DNA of 64,000 bases, taken from NCBI GenBank assembly GCA_965153355.1, contig OZ231126.1, forward strand, positions 28,892,001 through 28,956,000, given 5' to 3'. The notes under the pieces are model-generated. The model ran no database searches. It was given only the letters and a program-made list of their open reading frames with translations, and was not told the origin of the DNA. Both the position numbers and the translations under genes were made by a program. Positions 39,872 to 52,555 of this stretch are shown here, piece by piece. Each line of letters begins with the position of its first letter. Position 1 is the first letter of the stretch. This DNA comes from Flaccisagitta enflata. Taxonomy: Eukaryota.

Positions 39872-40476
39872 TACAGTGGGGGTCGTGGAATAACAGCCTA
39901 AACTGGAGGAAGGTATTGAAGTGTCTTAATTTCATTTGCTAAACTTGATATTTGAAGTATAAGTTGTTCAATCGATCTTTTGTCCCTGAGTTTTTCAGTT
40001 GCTATGGAAACTAATATTATTTTTTTGATCATCTATAACTACTAGAATATCACTATTTTGAAAGATATTATCAGGGAACATTGCTCAGAATCAAATTTGC
40101 TACAACTTTCCCACAGTATGTTCTGTAAGAATATTGCTCATTTGGCCGTTGCTAGGGAGCATCATTTAGCGGTCGCTAGGTGTGATGCCCCCTAGCAATG
40201 GCCAAACGAGCAATATTCTTACAGAACATACTGTGGGAAAGTTTTAGTAAATTCAATTCTAAGCAATGTTCCCTTATAATATTTGTCAAAATATTGATAT
40301 TCTAGTAATTATAAATGTTTGAAAAAATACTTTTGGTTCCCATAGCAACCAAAAAACTTCGGGACAAAAGCATCGATTGAATAACTTATATTTCAAATAT
40401 CAAATTTGTAAAATGAAATTAAGACACTTGAATACCTTACTCCAGTTTGGGCTGTTATTCCACGAACCCCACTGTA
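39872..40476. mobile_element. Foldback MITE, CAGT termini, TA flanks
   Basis: TA-CAGTGGGGGTCGTGGAATAACAGCCTAAACTGGAG...CTCCAGTTTGGGCTGTTATTCCACGAACCCCACTG-TA. Confidence 0.92.
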
Positions 40477-40859
40477 TGACAGAGATAAAGCATAAAAGCA
40501 AAGTACTTTAACTTGATTCCCGGTACGTCGACTAGTTATCCCGAGGTGATCTTTCACACAGCTTGTGTAGAAAAAGAGATGGAGCAAAGAAAAACTCTGG
40601 TCCCGCGCCAGAACAATTCCGATTGAATTCTTTGAGAAATTTTTGATATCTCGGCCGGAGGCATTATTAGCCTTGCCACCCACCAGCAACACGAAAGGCA
40701 AAGATCAAAAAGAGAACCGGCCAAGACACAACGAAAGGGAAGGAAAGAAAACGTAATATTCTACCCTTGAACGGAAAGAAAAGAGACACAGAAATAGAGG
40801 GGGGGGGGGGGCTAGTGAGAGTGGAGGAGGTGGAGAGAAAAGTGGGAGTGACATGACAG

Positions 40860-40861
<2 letters not shown>

Positions 40862-40932
<71 letters not shown>

Positions 40933-41000
40933 CACGCACAGACAAACACACTCACTCGGGCACACATAGAAACACACATACACACACACACATACACACA
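40862..41000. repeat. (GA)n/(CA)n microsatellite
   Basis: Directly visible. Confidence 0.9.
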
Positions 41001-41302
41001 GAGGCAGGCAGTGGAAAGAGCTAAACAAAGACAGACCAGAGAAGAAAGAGACGGACGAACAGCAAAGGCCATAGCCAAGACTTCCCATCAATATAGACGC
41101 TCGCGGAAAGATAGATAGAAAGACAGATAGAAGGACAGACAAAAACAGAAACAAACAGAAAGACAGAAACAAAGACAGAAACAGAGGCAGAAACAAAAGC
41201 AGAAACAATGACAAACACAAAGAAAGAAAGAAAGAAAGAAAGAAAGACGTGGAGGGGAAGGGAATCAGAGGGTACCAATATATGAGTCCATCCATCTTTT
41301 AC

Positions 41303-41422
41303 CTGAAGAATGGAGACAAGCTGGCCGTGCGCTTGTAACCTCGACTGATTGTTGGAGGATGCGACTTTCGCCAGCAACGCATCATCGAGCAAAGCGCCGA
41401 CGCTGTCTTCGATGGAACTCAT
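41303..41422 (-). CDS. CLASP: CLASP (CLIP-associating protein) coding exon 1, start of TOG1
   Basis: ATG at 41422, 40 codons MSSIEDSVGALLDDALLAKVASSNNQSRLQAHGQLVSILQ, donor CAG|gtaaaa in phase 0. It joins in frame to the downstream exons, which match the CLASP TOG1 sequence. Confidence 0.85.
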
Positions 41423-41579
41423 GGTGTCGGCCGACGAGACAATTCACCTCTTCCTCGGTCAACTCCCTTCTACGATTATTCCGCACAACCAAGTTAAATC
41501 ACATTTGCTTCTTGCTGCTCATTTCATTTTCATTGGAAGACGGCTATTTGAACTGTTAAATCTTTTTTAATTGTTTACT

Positions 41580-41810
41580 GTTGTAAAGATGCACTCGGAT
41601 GTTTCCTTTCCTCGATTTGCATTACGTGACGTCAGAAGCCAAGGCGTGGGTCAAAATTCCGACCATTTTCGAGAGTTGGAAAGTAATCCAAAATTCGGTG
41701 AGCACTTTATTTCACTTTATTATTAGCACTACATCAGGTAACGGAGGCAACCTACCACGTCGTGTTGCAACACGTGCAGCTCCTTCAAAGCTAACGTTCA
41801 AAGGCAGGTG
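41580..41810. promoter_or_regulatory. Putative bidirectional promoter between CLASP (minus) and the Dok-like gene (plus), with a full CRE palindrome
   Basis: TGACGTCA at 41627-41634, about 200 bp upstream of the CLASP ATG. Plus-strand donor-like sites follow (CAG|gtgaga 41807, TCG|gtgagt 42105, TTC|gtaagt 42251), consistent with non-coding 5' exons. Inferred only. Confidence 0.4.
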
Positions 41811-43547
41811 AGAAAGTACCTGTGACTTGATTAAGAGTGTTCACATTTGAGCCAAATCAAAGGCGCGTTTATAGTTCGCCAACTTGTTTCTGTTTTACTC
41901 TGTTGAGCTGCTGTAGTATTTCTTGCTTGACAGTTTTTTTTTCTCTTTCTTTCTCTCTTTCTCGCGTGACAAAAAAATATTCCAAGCACAAATCGAGTCT
42001 CAACCAGTTTAGCAGCAAATGTCAGTGAATGACTCCGCTCGCATTGGTCTTTTTTCTTTTCCTATCCTGAATTCTGATATAGTATCTCGAGCTATATCAG
42101 GCTCGGTGAGTAGAAAGAGTTGTTGGTTTTCCTTCGAGGATCTTTTGCACAAAGGTTACTGGCATATTTCTCTTTCTCGGCTTCTCTCTCTCCTTTCACG
42201 AGAGAGAGAGAACTAAGAGAGAAACAAATAAAAAAGGAAAGACCAAATTTCGTAAGTGAGAAAGGATTGTAACCCAAAGCAAAGGGGGCTAAGCAACAAC
42301 GATGAAGGGGGTTCATCGAGTGTGAACGTAAGGATTGTAATCTTTTGCGTAGGAAGGATTTTGAAGGATTGAAATTTACGAGTACTCGATGGTGGAAATC
42401 GGGTTATTAAAAATTGGGCAGGGTCTGGTCGTCTCTACAAGCAGCTTTGTCCGTTCGTCGGTCCGTCCGCCAACCATTTGGCGAAGTGAGATAACGCGCC
42501 TTTGAGATGCCGCGCGTGGTTTGGGCGTATGGAGGGATGTTGTACGCCCCTACTCACCCGACCGCAACGATGTTGTAACCCTGCATTACCTTATAAACAA
42601 GATCAGTGACGGCGATCGTCGCCGGGGGAAATGCCACTGAGCTGAGTGAGCTGTCAAGTTCAATCGTCATCGGTCCTTGTTTTAAATGATTTACACGCAA
42701 GCGAGTGGCAACTTAAAGGGCGCGTTTGGATGTGGAAAATACATTTATATGATGCTTGTTGCATTTTGCAGTTCCTGCCCAAATCAAGCGCACCTGATAT
42801 TGATACTGCATCTGCAGCTGCATATCTGGCATTGTTTAGATGGTAGCCTCCTAGGAACTGCTAGCACGAGCAGCAAATCAATACTTTCAAATTAATACTT
42901 TAATTATGATTAGCTTTTGCGATAAACAGTTATTGTGAGACAGATGTTATAAGCGAAATTCTGTTTAGGCCATCATCATCAAGGTGACAAAAATTTGCAT
43001 CAGCTACCATTTTTTACAATACATTTATCTTCCATTTTAAGCGCATTAAAAGATTTGCAAAAACAAATATATTTTGAGTGAATGCCGGAATCAACATCCA
43101 AATCTTCAAGCATTTCGACCTCATCCAATTTACATCAAATCAATAACACCACAATTTACAAATAAGGGGCGAACAAGGCCCAATATGATGGAGTGAAGGG
43201 TAGAGGTTATAGTTCGGCGATCTGGCTATTAGATAACGGTTCAATTAGGTTCAATTAATTAATAATCGCGAATATAGGTTCGGTTCGGATACTGCTATAA
43301 CCGACTTTCCGATGCGGTTATTATCGATTTTTTTTCTTCACAAACTGACATTTTTTTGCATGATGTAAAATTGTTGATCAGCCAAGAATAGCGATAATGT
43401 TTGAAGGAAAAAAAATGATGCATTTTTTAAGTTTTAGTTTCTCATTTATATTTAATTCATTTCTGCATACAATCCTTTTTTCATATATTCTTTTTTTTTT
43501 TAGAAAGAATAAGAAAATAATCACTAAATATGATGGATGAATATGTC

Positions 43548-43558
43548 AAGAGAAAGAA

Positions 43559-43591
<33 letters not shown>

Positions 43592-43592
43592 C

Positions 43593-43647
<55 letters not shown>

Positions 43648-43836
43648 TCAGACAGAGACATACAGACAGACAGAGACATACAGACAGACCGAGACAGATA
43701 GACACACAGACAGATAGACAGACAGATAGTATGATGAATAGTTCGACATAGAGAAAAGCAAAGTTCACAGGTGACTTTCTGGTAGGAGGAGGAAGAGGAG
43801 GAAGTGGAAGAGGAAGAAGAAGAGGAAGAGGAGAAG
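43548..43836. repeat. (GA)n/(GACA)n/(GGAAGA)n compound microsatellite
   Basis: Directly visible. Confidence 0.9.
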
Positions 43837-45361
43837 GGTCAGTAGCCATAACCGATCATAACCGCATCAACGAGTAGCAATCGATAATCCGGGTAACAGC
43901 TATTTACTAATCGACCAAAGGATAATATAGGGTACTCGCCGATGATTAGTAGAGGTGGGAAAATGTAATACGTAACACGGAAACGTATATATGCAATGTT
44001 GCAGATCATTTTCATTAACTTGTACCTAGCAATGGATTGGTCCGTCCATCGATCAACTCATCTGTCAAATGGTCCATCCGTCAATTGGTCCACCTGTCTA
44101 TCGGTCAACCCGTTTGTTGGGACAGCCGCCTTTTGGTACAGCCGCCTGGATTGGTAAAGCCGTCTGATGGAACAGCCGTCTTTGAGTGCATCCGTCCCTT
44201 GAAACTGCCACCTATTAGTCCATCCATCTATTGGTCCATCGGTCCAATGGCCAATAGGTTTGTTAATGAGTTGATCCTTGTTAGACAGCGGGCCCAAGGG
44301 ACGAAGTACTGTAGAACATACGTCCATCCCTCCAGTCCCCCCCCCTCATGGCTTAGTCTCCTTTGGGGCCAATTCTGACCCCAAATTCTGCCAAATAGCC
44401 CAAATCCAAGCAAAATGGCTCAGGACCAAGCAAAATGGCCTAAATCCAAACAGAATGGCCCAAATCCAAGGCAAATGGCCCAAATCCAAGGCAAATGGCC
44501 CAAATTTGGCTAGAAGTCCTTAATTCTGGCCTGAGTATCATTTTGGCCCTTTCTGGCCCCTGAGACCCAATTCCTAGCCTAAGAGGCCCAAATCCCGGCC
44601 CCAAAGACCATGATACCGGCCTCAGAGACCTAAATACTGAGATCTTCTTGTCTCTAACAGGTCTTCTTGTCTCTAACAGGTCTAACATGATAAGGCGGAA
44701 AAGTAAAATGATCAATATAGATAGTAAGAATGCTCTCAGCATGAAGAAATTTGACATGGAGATAGCTAACCTAGTATTTTGATGTAGCAAAGCGTTGTTG
44801 GTGGCTTTCCTGCATGTAGGGCGAGATGGAGGGTGTTTCACCGAAAGTGAGGTGTCAGATCATTGCTTATTTTCCAGAAAAAACGTTGCTAAGTGGCAAA
44901 TGTTTATAGTCAACCATTTTAAGAAGATGGAATTGAAAAAAAAAACGCCATTCATCTTGTAATGCAGTGGGTGGATGCAGGAGAATCCGTCACACGGAAA
45001 GAAAGCCGCCTTAGTGGACAATAGCTGAGGAATTTAAGGGGAATTCGAGCATCAACAATTAGAAGAGCGTGTCAATCTCAATTCCGGTGTCCTTTCACTT
45101 ATCAGCATATTTACGTTCATTAGGGGATAGCCGTTGACTTTTATAGGCATTTTTCGCATCATGTTGATAAAATGAACATGAATTGGTGATAAACATTGCT
45201 TTGATTGATTATATCTCCATGTTTAATGCTCTTTTCAACGAGCTTTCATCTCTTTCCGCCTAATTATGTGAGACCTGTTAGGACCCAAATCATGGCCTGA
45301 GTGACCAAAATCTAAGCCTCGAAGACCCAGATCCTCCATGGAACAGATCCTGGCCTTCATC

Positions 45362-46557
45362 TTTGGGCAGCGGCCCCGAAGGGGATGAAGTCCTGTAGAA
45401 CACAGGGGGACTTTTGTTCATCCATTCGTCAGTCCCCCCCCCAGGCCCTCTCAGGCCTGAAATCTACCCTCTCAGGCCTGAAATCTGCCTTCTCAGGCCT
45501 GAAATCTGCCCTCTCAGGCCTTGAATCTGCCCTCTCAGGCCTTGAATCTGCCCTCTCAGGCCTGAAATCTGCCTTCTTAGGCCTGAAATCTGTCCTCTCA
45601 GGCCTTAAATCTTCCCTCGCAGAAGGCCTGGGGGGGACTGACGGACGGACGGGCAAATAAAAGTCCCCCTGTGTTCTACAGGACTTAGTCCCCTTCGGGG
45701 CTGCTGCCCTGCTTCCTCTCATTCCAATTTACAACCATGCAAAGCAGGGCAACGGGTATTGCTGACCACATATTGCCCCTGGGCGACCTGTTATATCTTT
45801 TATTCATCATTAATGACAGAGCACACGAACATCATACGACTAGCTACTACATGATTAATTGGCCTAGGGGAAGTAGAAACAGGTCGCCTAAGGGCAATAT
45901 GTGGTCAGCGATACCCATTTCCCTAGTTTGCATGAATTTGAAATGGAGTGAGATGAAGCAGGGTAGCGGCCCCGAAGGGGATTAAGTCCTATAGAATAGG
46001 GGGACTTGGTTTGTCTGTCTATCATCCATCTCCCCTAGGCCCTCTCAGGCCTGAGAGGGCAGATTTCAGATCTGAGAAGGCAGATTCAAGGCCTGAGGGC
46101 AGATTTCAGGCCTGAGATTGCAGATTTCAGGCCTGAAAGGGCAGATTCAAGGCCTGAGGGGGCAGACTTTAAGCATGAGAGGGTAGATTCAAGGCTTCAG
46201 AGGGCAGATTTCAAGCATGAGAGGGCATGTTCAAGGCCTGAGAGGGAAGATCTCAGGCCTGAGGGCAAATTTAAGGTCTTAAGGGGCAGATTCAAGGCCT
46301 GAGAGGGCAGATTCCAGGCCTGAGAGAGCCTGGGGGGACAAATGGACAAACAAATGGACGAATGAAAGTCCCTGTGTTCTACAGGACTATGTCCCCTTCG
46401 GGGCCGCTGCCAAAAAAATGGACAGACAGATCCCTGGTGTTCTACAGGACTTTGTCCCCTTTGGCGCCGCTGCCTTGCTCCTCCCCCAACTTTCCAAACA
46501 AACCACCCAAGCAGGGCACGGGTACCACTGACCAAATACTGCCTTTAGGCTGCTATT
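45362..46557. mobile_element. Cluster of HINE-like family B elements (45362-45792; inverted 45877-46418; fragment 46420-46557) with 21-bp internal repeats
   Basis: Shared GGGCAGCGGCCCCGAAGGGG...AAGTCCTGTAGAAC subterminal inverted repeat, TCAGGCCTGAAATCTGCCCTC unit, and end TGACCACATATTGCCCCTGGGCGACCTGTT and its reverse complement. Confidence 0.8.
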
Positions 46558-47602
46558 GAAGTTATTCAATCTGTCCATTAGTCAACAGTTAAATTTGACA
46601 ATCCGTTCATTTGTCAATTGAAGTTTTTGTCAATCAGGTTCAATTCGTCAACGGTCCACTCGGGTGTGTCAGTATGCAAAAGGTCTTCTAATCAGCTCAT
46701 CATCATCAGGGAATATGAAGTCACTAATTACAAAACACTTACCATTTTTATTTTTTTTAATTTCAGTCATCTTCCATTTTTTTAGCGCATGTAAAGATTA
46801 TTAAAAATATATGTACTTTTAACGACTGTACCCAATTTTGTTGAAAATGAGACTGATATATCATTTAAGAAATTATATTTTTTCTATTATTAAATCTCCT
46901 TCTATAAAAGCAGAAAATTTTCATTCATTTTTCACAGTATAATGAATAAGAAAACTAACAGGTTTTGATTTTTTTCCTTATCATCAATAATCCAGGTTCA
47001 AAACCAGCTGCACTACAATATACAAATTAGGGGCTAAATAGGGATTTAGAAAAAAATGGAAGACGAATGAAATTTGAAAAAAGAAACGGTAAGTGTCTTA
47101 GAATTAATGTCCCAACACTCCCTGATAATGATGATCTGATCAAAAAACCTTTTGCACACACCCTTGCACCTTTTGACACACCCGAACGGTCCACCAATAC
47201 ATCTATTCTTCCATCACTCGATAATAGATGGAAAAAAATGAATCCTTGGCTTCATTAAAATCATGCGCTTAATTAAAATACTACAAGCGTATATATTACA
47301 AGCGACACCTGCCACATCGAAGCCCGAAGTTCTGTCCAAAACATGAGAGCTAAAAACTGTATTGACGCTTTTTATCGACCCTAAACGCAGCCAGTTTGTT
47401 CAAAAGTGAAGTGTAAATGGCTGAGCCCGGAGGAAGATTGAAGAGCGATGAGAAAATACAGTAGACTGATGACAGACTTGAAGCGAAACAGACCAGCTAA
47501 AAACCACATTACATCGAGGATGAATCATCAGATCATGTCGGCTGTAGATGTTGAGGTCACAGAATTCGATTTACATAACCACATAAGAGATAATGAGCTT
47601 GA

Positions 47603-47765
47603 ATACACTTTTTATTTTTTATAAGAGCGTCATTTTTTTGTTGAAGCCTTCAAAAGAGATAGAGATAGCTACTAATAAAATAACTACAATGTTCTTAATT
47701 TAGGAGCAATTTCAAACCTTTATGTTCTTATAAACTAGGTTCTTATAAAAAATAAAAAAGTGTAT
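47603..47765. mobile_element. Short TA-flanked MITE related to the 2721-4010 family
   Basis: TACACTTTTTATTTTTTATAAGA ... TCTTATAAAAAATAAAAAAGTGTA. Confidence 0.65.
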
Positions 47766-49088
47766 GAGGAGATAATTCCATGCAGCTCCGTGAAAATTAG
47801 TCCTACGGTCCATACCGTGGCCTAGTGGGCTTACAAATCAGTCTTGCTGCAACATAATCTCCCTAAAACACTGTGGTTATTGAGCACTAGATGTTCAGTC
47901 CGGTGTTGAAAACAACACATGGGGTCTCTTCCCTCAATGGCTCCCTCCTCTTACTAAGATATGGCAACAAATGAACGTCGTCAAAGGATTGTTGGCAGAC
48001 CTCAACATAGTCATGAAGGGTGACAGGGTTAAGATTTCTAGGGAAAACATGCTTTCATTGCATTCCAGATATGTCCAACGTCCTCGAACAAGTCTAAAGT
48101 TGATAACATCGCGTGACTTAACACGCAGTTCCGGCATGCTCCAGACATTAAGCTACTGCATGTCACTATCCCTACCTCTAAATGGGACTACTTGGTGGCT
48201 TTAGAAATGATTAGTTTATCCTTAAATATAACCTCGGCGCCAAAAAACTGGCGGAAAGTTTTCTTTACCACCATACAACCATATCAATTCCTATCGTGGC
48301 TGGATAAAATCAAAGTTGCCAAAGTTATGTTTTTATATCATAATCACTAACGGCCATAAGGGCGTGATATCCGACTGCATAATCCGCTATGTTGGTCAGT
48401 CCATCCAACCTCAACAGCTTTTCGACGTTTTTGTGCGCCCTTTGCATTACTGCTTCTGCCCAGTTGTCATTTTTTATCACTACCCCTGCCCACCTGAACT
48501 CGACTTCGGGAGCCGTGTATCCGGCCTTATTCAAATCAACAGAACTTTGAGCAACAATGTCCAGACACCACTCAAATTAAAGACCTTTTGAAGAGCCTTC
48601 CAAACATAAGTTTCAATTAGTTTTTTTTTTAATTATGCTAGTTCATAAAGCTTTAAAAACACGGTATTTTTTATGACGTCAAGGTTAAATAAGGCTGCAG
48701 AGCTAGAGATCCAATGACCATAAAATCGCAACAAAACAGCAATCAACGATCAAGTTCATTGATCGGTGAACGGCTGAAAAGAAATAAAGATTTTGATCCA
48801 TATCTAATCCTCGATTAGACAACCCTGAGTCAATTCCGACACAAATAGCTGATTACGTGATGATTAAAGGAGGGCGTCTTTACTCAAAGGGCCGAGCTGG
48901 GGAAGAATGTAAGATGGCCGGCAGGGTAATCGGAGACGATGTATGATTAGCAACGGAAACAGAACAGAGCAGAACCACGTCAGTGAATGGGTATCAGTAA
49001 CTCTGATGACAGTTATTGAACTCTGACTTTATGGATGTCCTCAAAAACATTCGTCTTGATCTCGAAGAAGCATCCCGTTGTGCAGTAG

Positions 49089-50276
49089 CAGGGGCGGCGA
49101 GAGGGGGGTCCAACCCCCTCTGAGAAGGGGGGCCCGGGCCCTAGGGGGGCCCGGGAGGTAGGGGAGGTAGGGGAAAAAAGAAGAAAGAAAGAAAAAGAAA
49201 AAAAAAGGAAAAGAGAAAATAAAAGAAAAAAAAAGGAAAAATAAAGAAAAAAAAGAGGAGAAATAAAAAAGAAAAGAAAGAAGAAAAAAAGTCAGATTAG
49301 ATCATGTTTAGACTTAAGAAGTCAAGTGGGGGCCCCATTGAGATCAAATCAACATATTAATAAAGTCTCGAATACCAACCCTTTCAAAGACATAGTACAT
49401 GTTACTTTCAATTGAACCCATATTTCAGTTAAATTTGAGCCCTTGTAAAGGTGACAAATGATTTCAAAGTGAAGTTATCATGATCCTATTTGAATAATTC
49501 AGTGTATCTTTAAATGAGAGCTGTATTTTTTTCAATCAGAAGGGCTGACTAATTCCAACCCCCCGTTCAAATTGGAAAAGAGGCACATTGATTTTTATTT
49601 GATTTTTATTATTGATTTACGTAGTCTTTTTTATGTACAGCCTGTATTGGTTAAAAATGAGAGCCATATTTTTTCCAATCAGAAGGGCTGACTAATTCAG
49701 ATTGGAAAAGAAGCACATTGATTGTGATATTCTATTGTAATGTATAACATTGTCATTGTCTATTTCCGCTCATGGTTAAAAATCAGTGCTAAATTTCATC
49801 TAGTCAAAAGGTCTAACAAATTTAGATCCCTCGCTCAGACAAAATGAGAGGCACATTGATTTTGATTAGAGGAAAAAAAAACAAACCTCAGTAACACACC
49901 AATACCAGGTTGCAAGTCCTGGAGGTAGAAGTTTGAGCCCTGGAGTTATTTTCATGGAAACAAGGTCGGATACACAGCTACCTCAGTCTGTGCGGGTGGG
50001 CAAGGGCTGTATTTGAAATCACTTGATCATTTGGGCAGGAGCACTGGGGCAAAGACCTCAAAAACGGATGGACAAATGGACCGACAAAGCAGGGTGTAAG
50101 AGTCGCATAGCATGCAACTAAAAATTTCTAATCTGATAACCCAAAACTAAAAGAAAAACTTCCCTCTTGTAGGGATGGGGGGGGGGTTGCTAAGGGGGGG
50201 GGCAGGGGGAGTGGGGAAGGGGGGGCCCGGCCAAACAGGCTAGAGGGGGGGCCCGCCATTTCTCTCGCCGCCCCTG
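49089..50276. mobile_element. Non-autonomous hAT element with perfect 8-bp TSD; carries a nested family C HINE (49958-50124)
   Basis: 15-bp TIR CAGGGGCGGCGAGAG / CTCTCGCCGCCCCTG; TSD TGCAGTAG at 49081-49088 and 50277-50284. Confidence 0.93.
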
Positions 50277-50750
50277 TGCAGTAGAGTTAGAACCCTCGAC
50301 CTTGCAGATGTGAGAGGAAGAGACCGGAATGTTAAAAGAAAATTTGTTCCATATACACAGAGAAATGAGGAGAGAAAAAGCTTAAAAGTTATACATGTTA
50401 ACAGGAGAGAGAAGTTATATAGGTTGACAGACAGACAGACACTAGATAGATAGTGGAACGAAGAAAGGAACAGAGGAACGAAGAAAGCCGAGAAGTGCTT
50501 AAGGTGATTTTTGTCAATCATACAGGGACGATAAGAGAAATTGAGGAGCGATCTCTAAGAAGAGTTGCTTAGATCATAGACTACGACCTAAACGCCCCTC
50601 AAACTTGTGAAAACTTTTATCTTTCTTCCACCATTTTTTTTATTCGATACCTTCTCTCTTCGACGCTGCTCCCATTTTTTTTTTCATTTAAAGATGCATG
50701 TTACGTCACAGTAGAATCATCCTCAATGCGGCTGGGAGAATTGAACAGAA

Positions 50751-50840
50751 ATGAGCTTCATCTCGCAACACTCCAACCAAGGCTGGCAAGGGTGGCTGGA
50801 CGTGAAAAGCGATCAAACTAGAGAGAAAGGTCTTTTGAAG
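50751..50840 (+). CDS. Dok/IRS-like PH-PTB docking protein, first coding exon (PH beta-1)
   Basis: ATG with an upstream in-frame TGA. MSFISQHSNQGWQGWLDVKSDQTREKGLLK, donor AAG|gtatgt in phase 0. Joined to 58103 it gives QGWLDVKS...LLKKIKSPWKRLFC, a typical PH N-terminus (GWL.K...WK.R/L.F). Confidence 0.7.
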
Positions 50841-51490
50841 GTATGTTTATTGAATTGCTATACACCATACTTCAGTTTTTTTGGTAACCGTCATCTTAGG
50901 AAACACTCTTGGCTAACGGACCGATCTGTGGATTTTTGTGTACATTATCTGACCTAAGAAGCTGGTCCATATTCGCAGATTGCAGTCCGCAGATATGCAC
51001 AAAGATTCAATGATTACAATCAAAACATGTAAACCGATACCTGCAAGAAGAACTCTTGACAAAAGAGCAAGAACCTTATAATCAGACTATCAGGATTGCT
51101 ATCAAAAGGTGGACAATTAACGTCAACGTCATAACAGTCTAGCCATGTCTACTTCAAGCAAAGCGTGCACGGTTCGTTGAAATACCAACGGTATGATTGT
51201 TATAAGAGCATGAAAAAAAAGCAGGGGTGAAAAAGCGCAAATGATCATGAAAAAAGCTTCAAAATTACAGTCCCCGACTGGGGACTAATTTTTGAAGCTT
51301 TCTCGTTGCGTAAACGCAACTCGAAAAGATACACTACAAGACAGCAATTTCAAGAAAGAAAAAAAAAATTGTTTTAATGATGACAAAACTTGACAATGAT
51401 AACAATAGTGGATGATGATGACAACAATGAATGATAATGACAACCAAAATCTAAGGAAAAAATGTTTAAAAAATTAAAAAAAAAAAAAAT

Positions 51491-51536
<46 letters not shown>

Positions 51537-51587
51537 CAAAAAAATTTTGCAAAAAAATTTTTCAAAAAAATTTTTCAAAAAATTTAA

Positions 51588-52035
51588 TAGTTGAAGATGA
51601 TGACAATAGTTGAAGATGATGACAGTAGTTGAAGATGATAACAGTAGTTGAAGATGATGACAGTAGTTGAAAATGATGACAGTAGTTGAAGATGATGACA
51701 GTAGTTGAAGATGATGACAGTAGTTGAAGATGATGACAGTAGTTGAAGATGATGACAGTAGTTGAAGATGATGACAGTGTTGAAGATGATGACAGTAGTT
51801 GAAGATGATGACAGTAGTTGAAGATGATGACAGTAGTTGAAGATGATGACAGTAGTTGAAGATGATGACAGTAGTTGAAGATGATGACAGTAGTTGAAGA
51901 TGATGACAGTAGTTGAAGATGATGACAGTAGTTGAAGATGATGACAGTAGTTGAAGATGATGACAGTAGTTGAAGATGATGACAGTAGTTGAAGATGATG
52001 ACAGTAGTTGAAGATGATGACAGTAGTTGAAGATG
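51588..52035. repeat. 19-bp minisatellite AGTAGTTGAAGATGATGAC
   Basis: Directly visible. Confidence 0.95.
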
Positions 52036-52555
52036 AATCTTAAATGAATGATGATGAATGTAATAAATGAGCAAGTAAAAGAACTTCAATCCTCTATATA
52101 AATCTAAGTCCTAGTAACATATTACTACATTAATAAGCTAATATCTTATAAACCAGACTTCAGATTTAATTCAAATTTTGCAGGGGCAGTTTAATTAATA
52201 TCCTTTACTTGTATACCAAATTAAAAAAAAATTCACATAACTTTGCTACCCTTTGCCTATGTTTACTGCCTAAGTCATAGTAACATATTACTACATAAAT
52301 AAGCTAATATCTCATAAACCAGACTTCAGATTTAATTCGAATTTTGCAGGGGTTATTTATTTACTACCCTCTACTTGTGTACCAAATTAGAAAAAAATTC
52401 ACACACCTTTACTACCCTTTGCCTATGTAAATTGCCTAAGTCCTAGCAACATACTACTACATAAATAAGCTAATACCTCAGGAACCAGACCTCAGATTTA
52501 ATTCGAATTTTGCAGGGGTTGTTTATTTACTACCCTCTGCTTGTATACCAAATTA

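Noticed and set aside
47800-47930. Resemblance to the 5S rRNA 5' end (CCTACGGTCCATACC...GTTGAAAACA)
   Set aside because: Two short matches about 85 nt apart with no box A/C or colinear remainder; probably chance.
47934-48204. Short non-repetitive ORFs on both strands
   Set aside because: No recognisable domain and no convincing splice partners.
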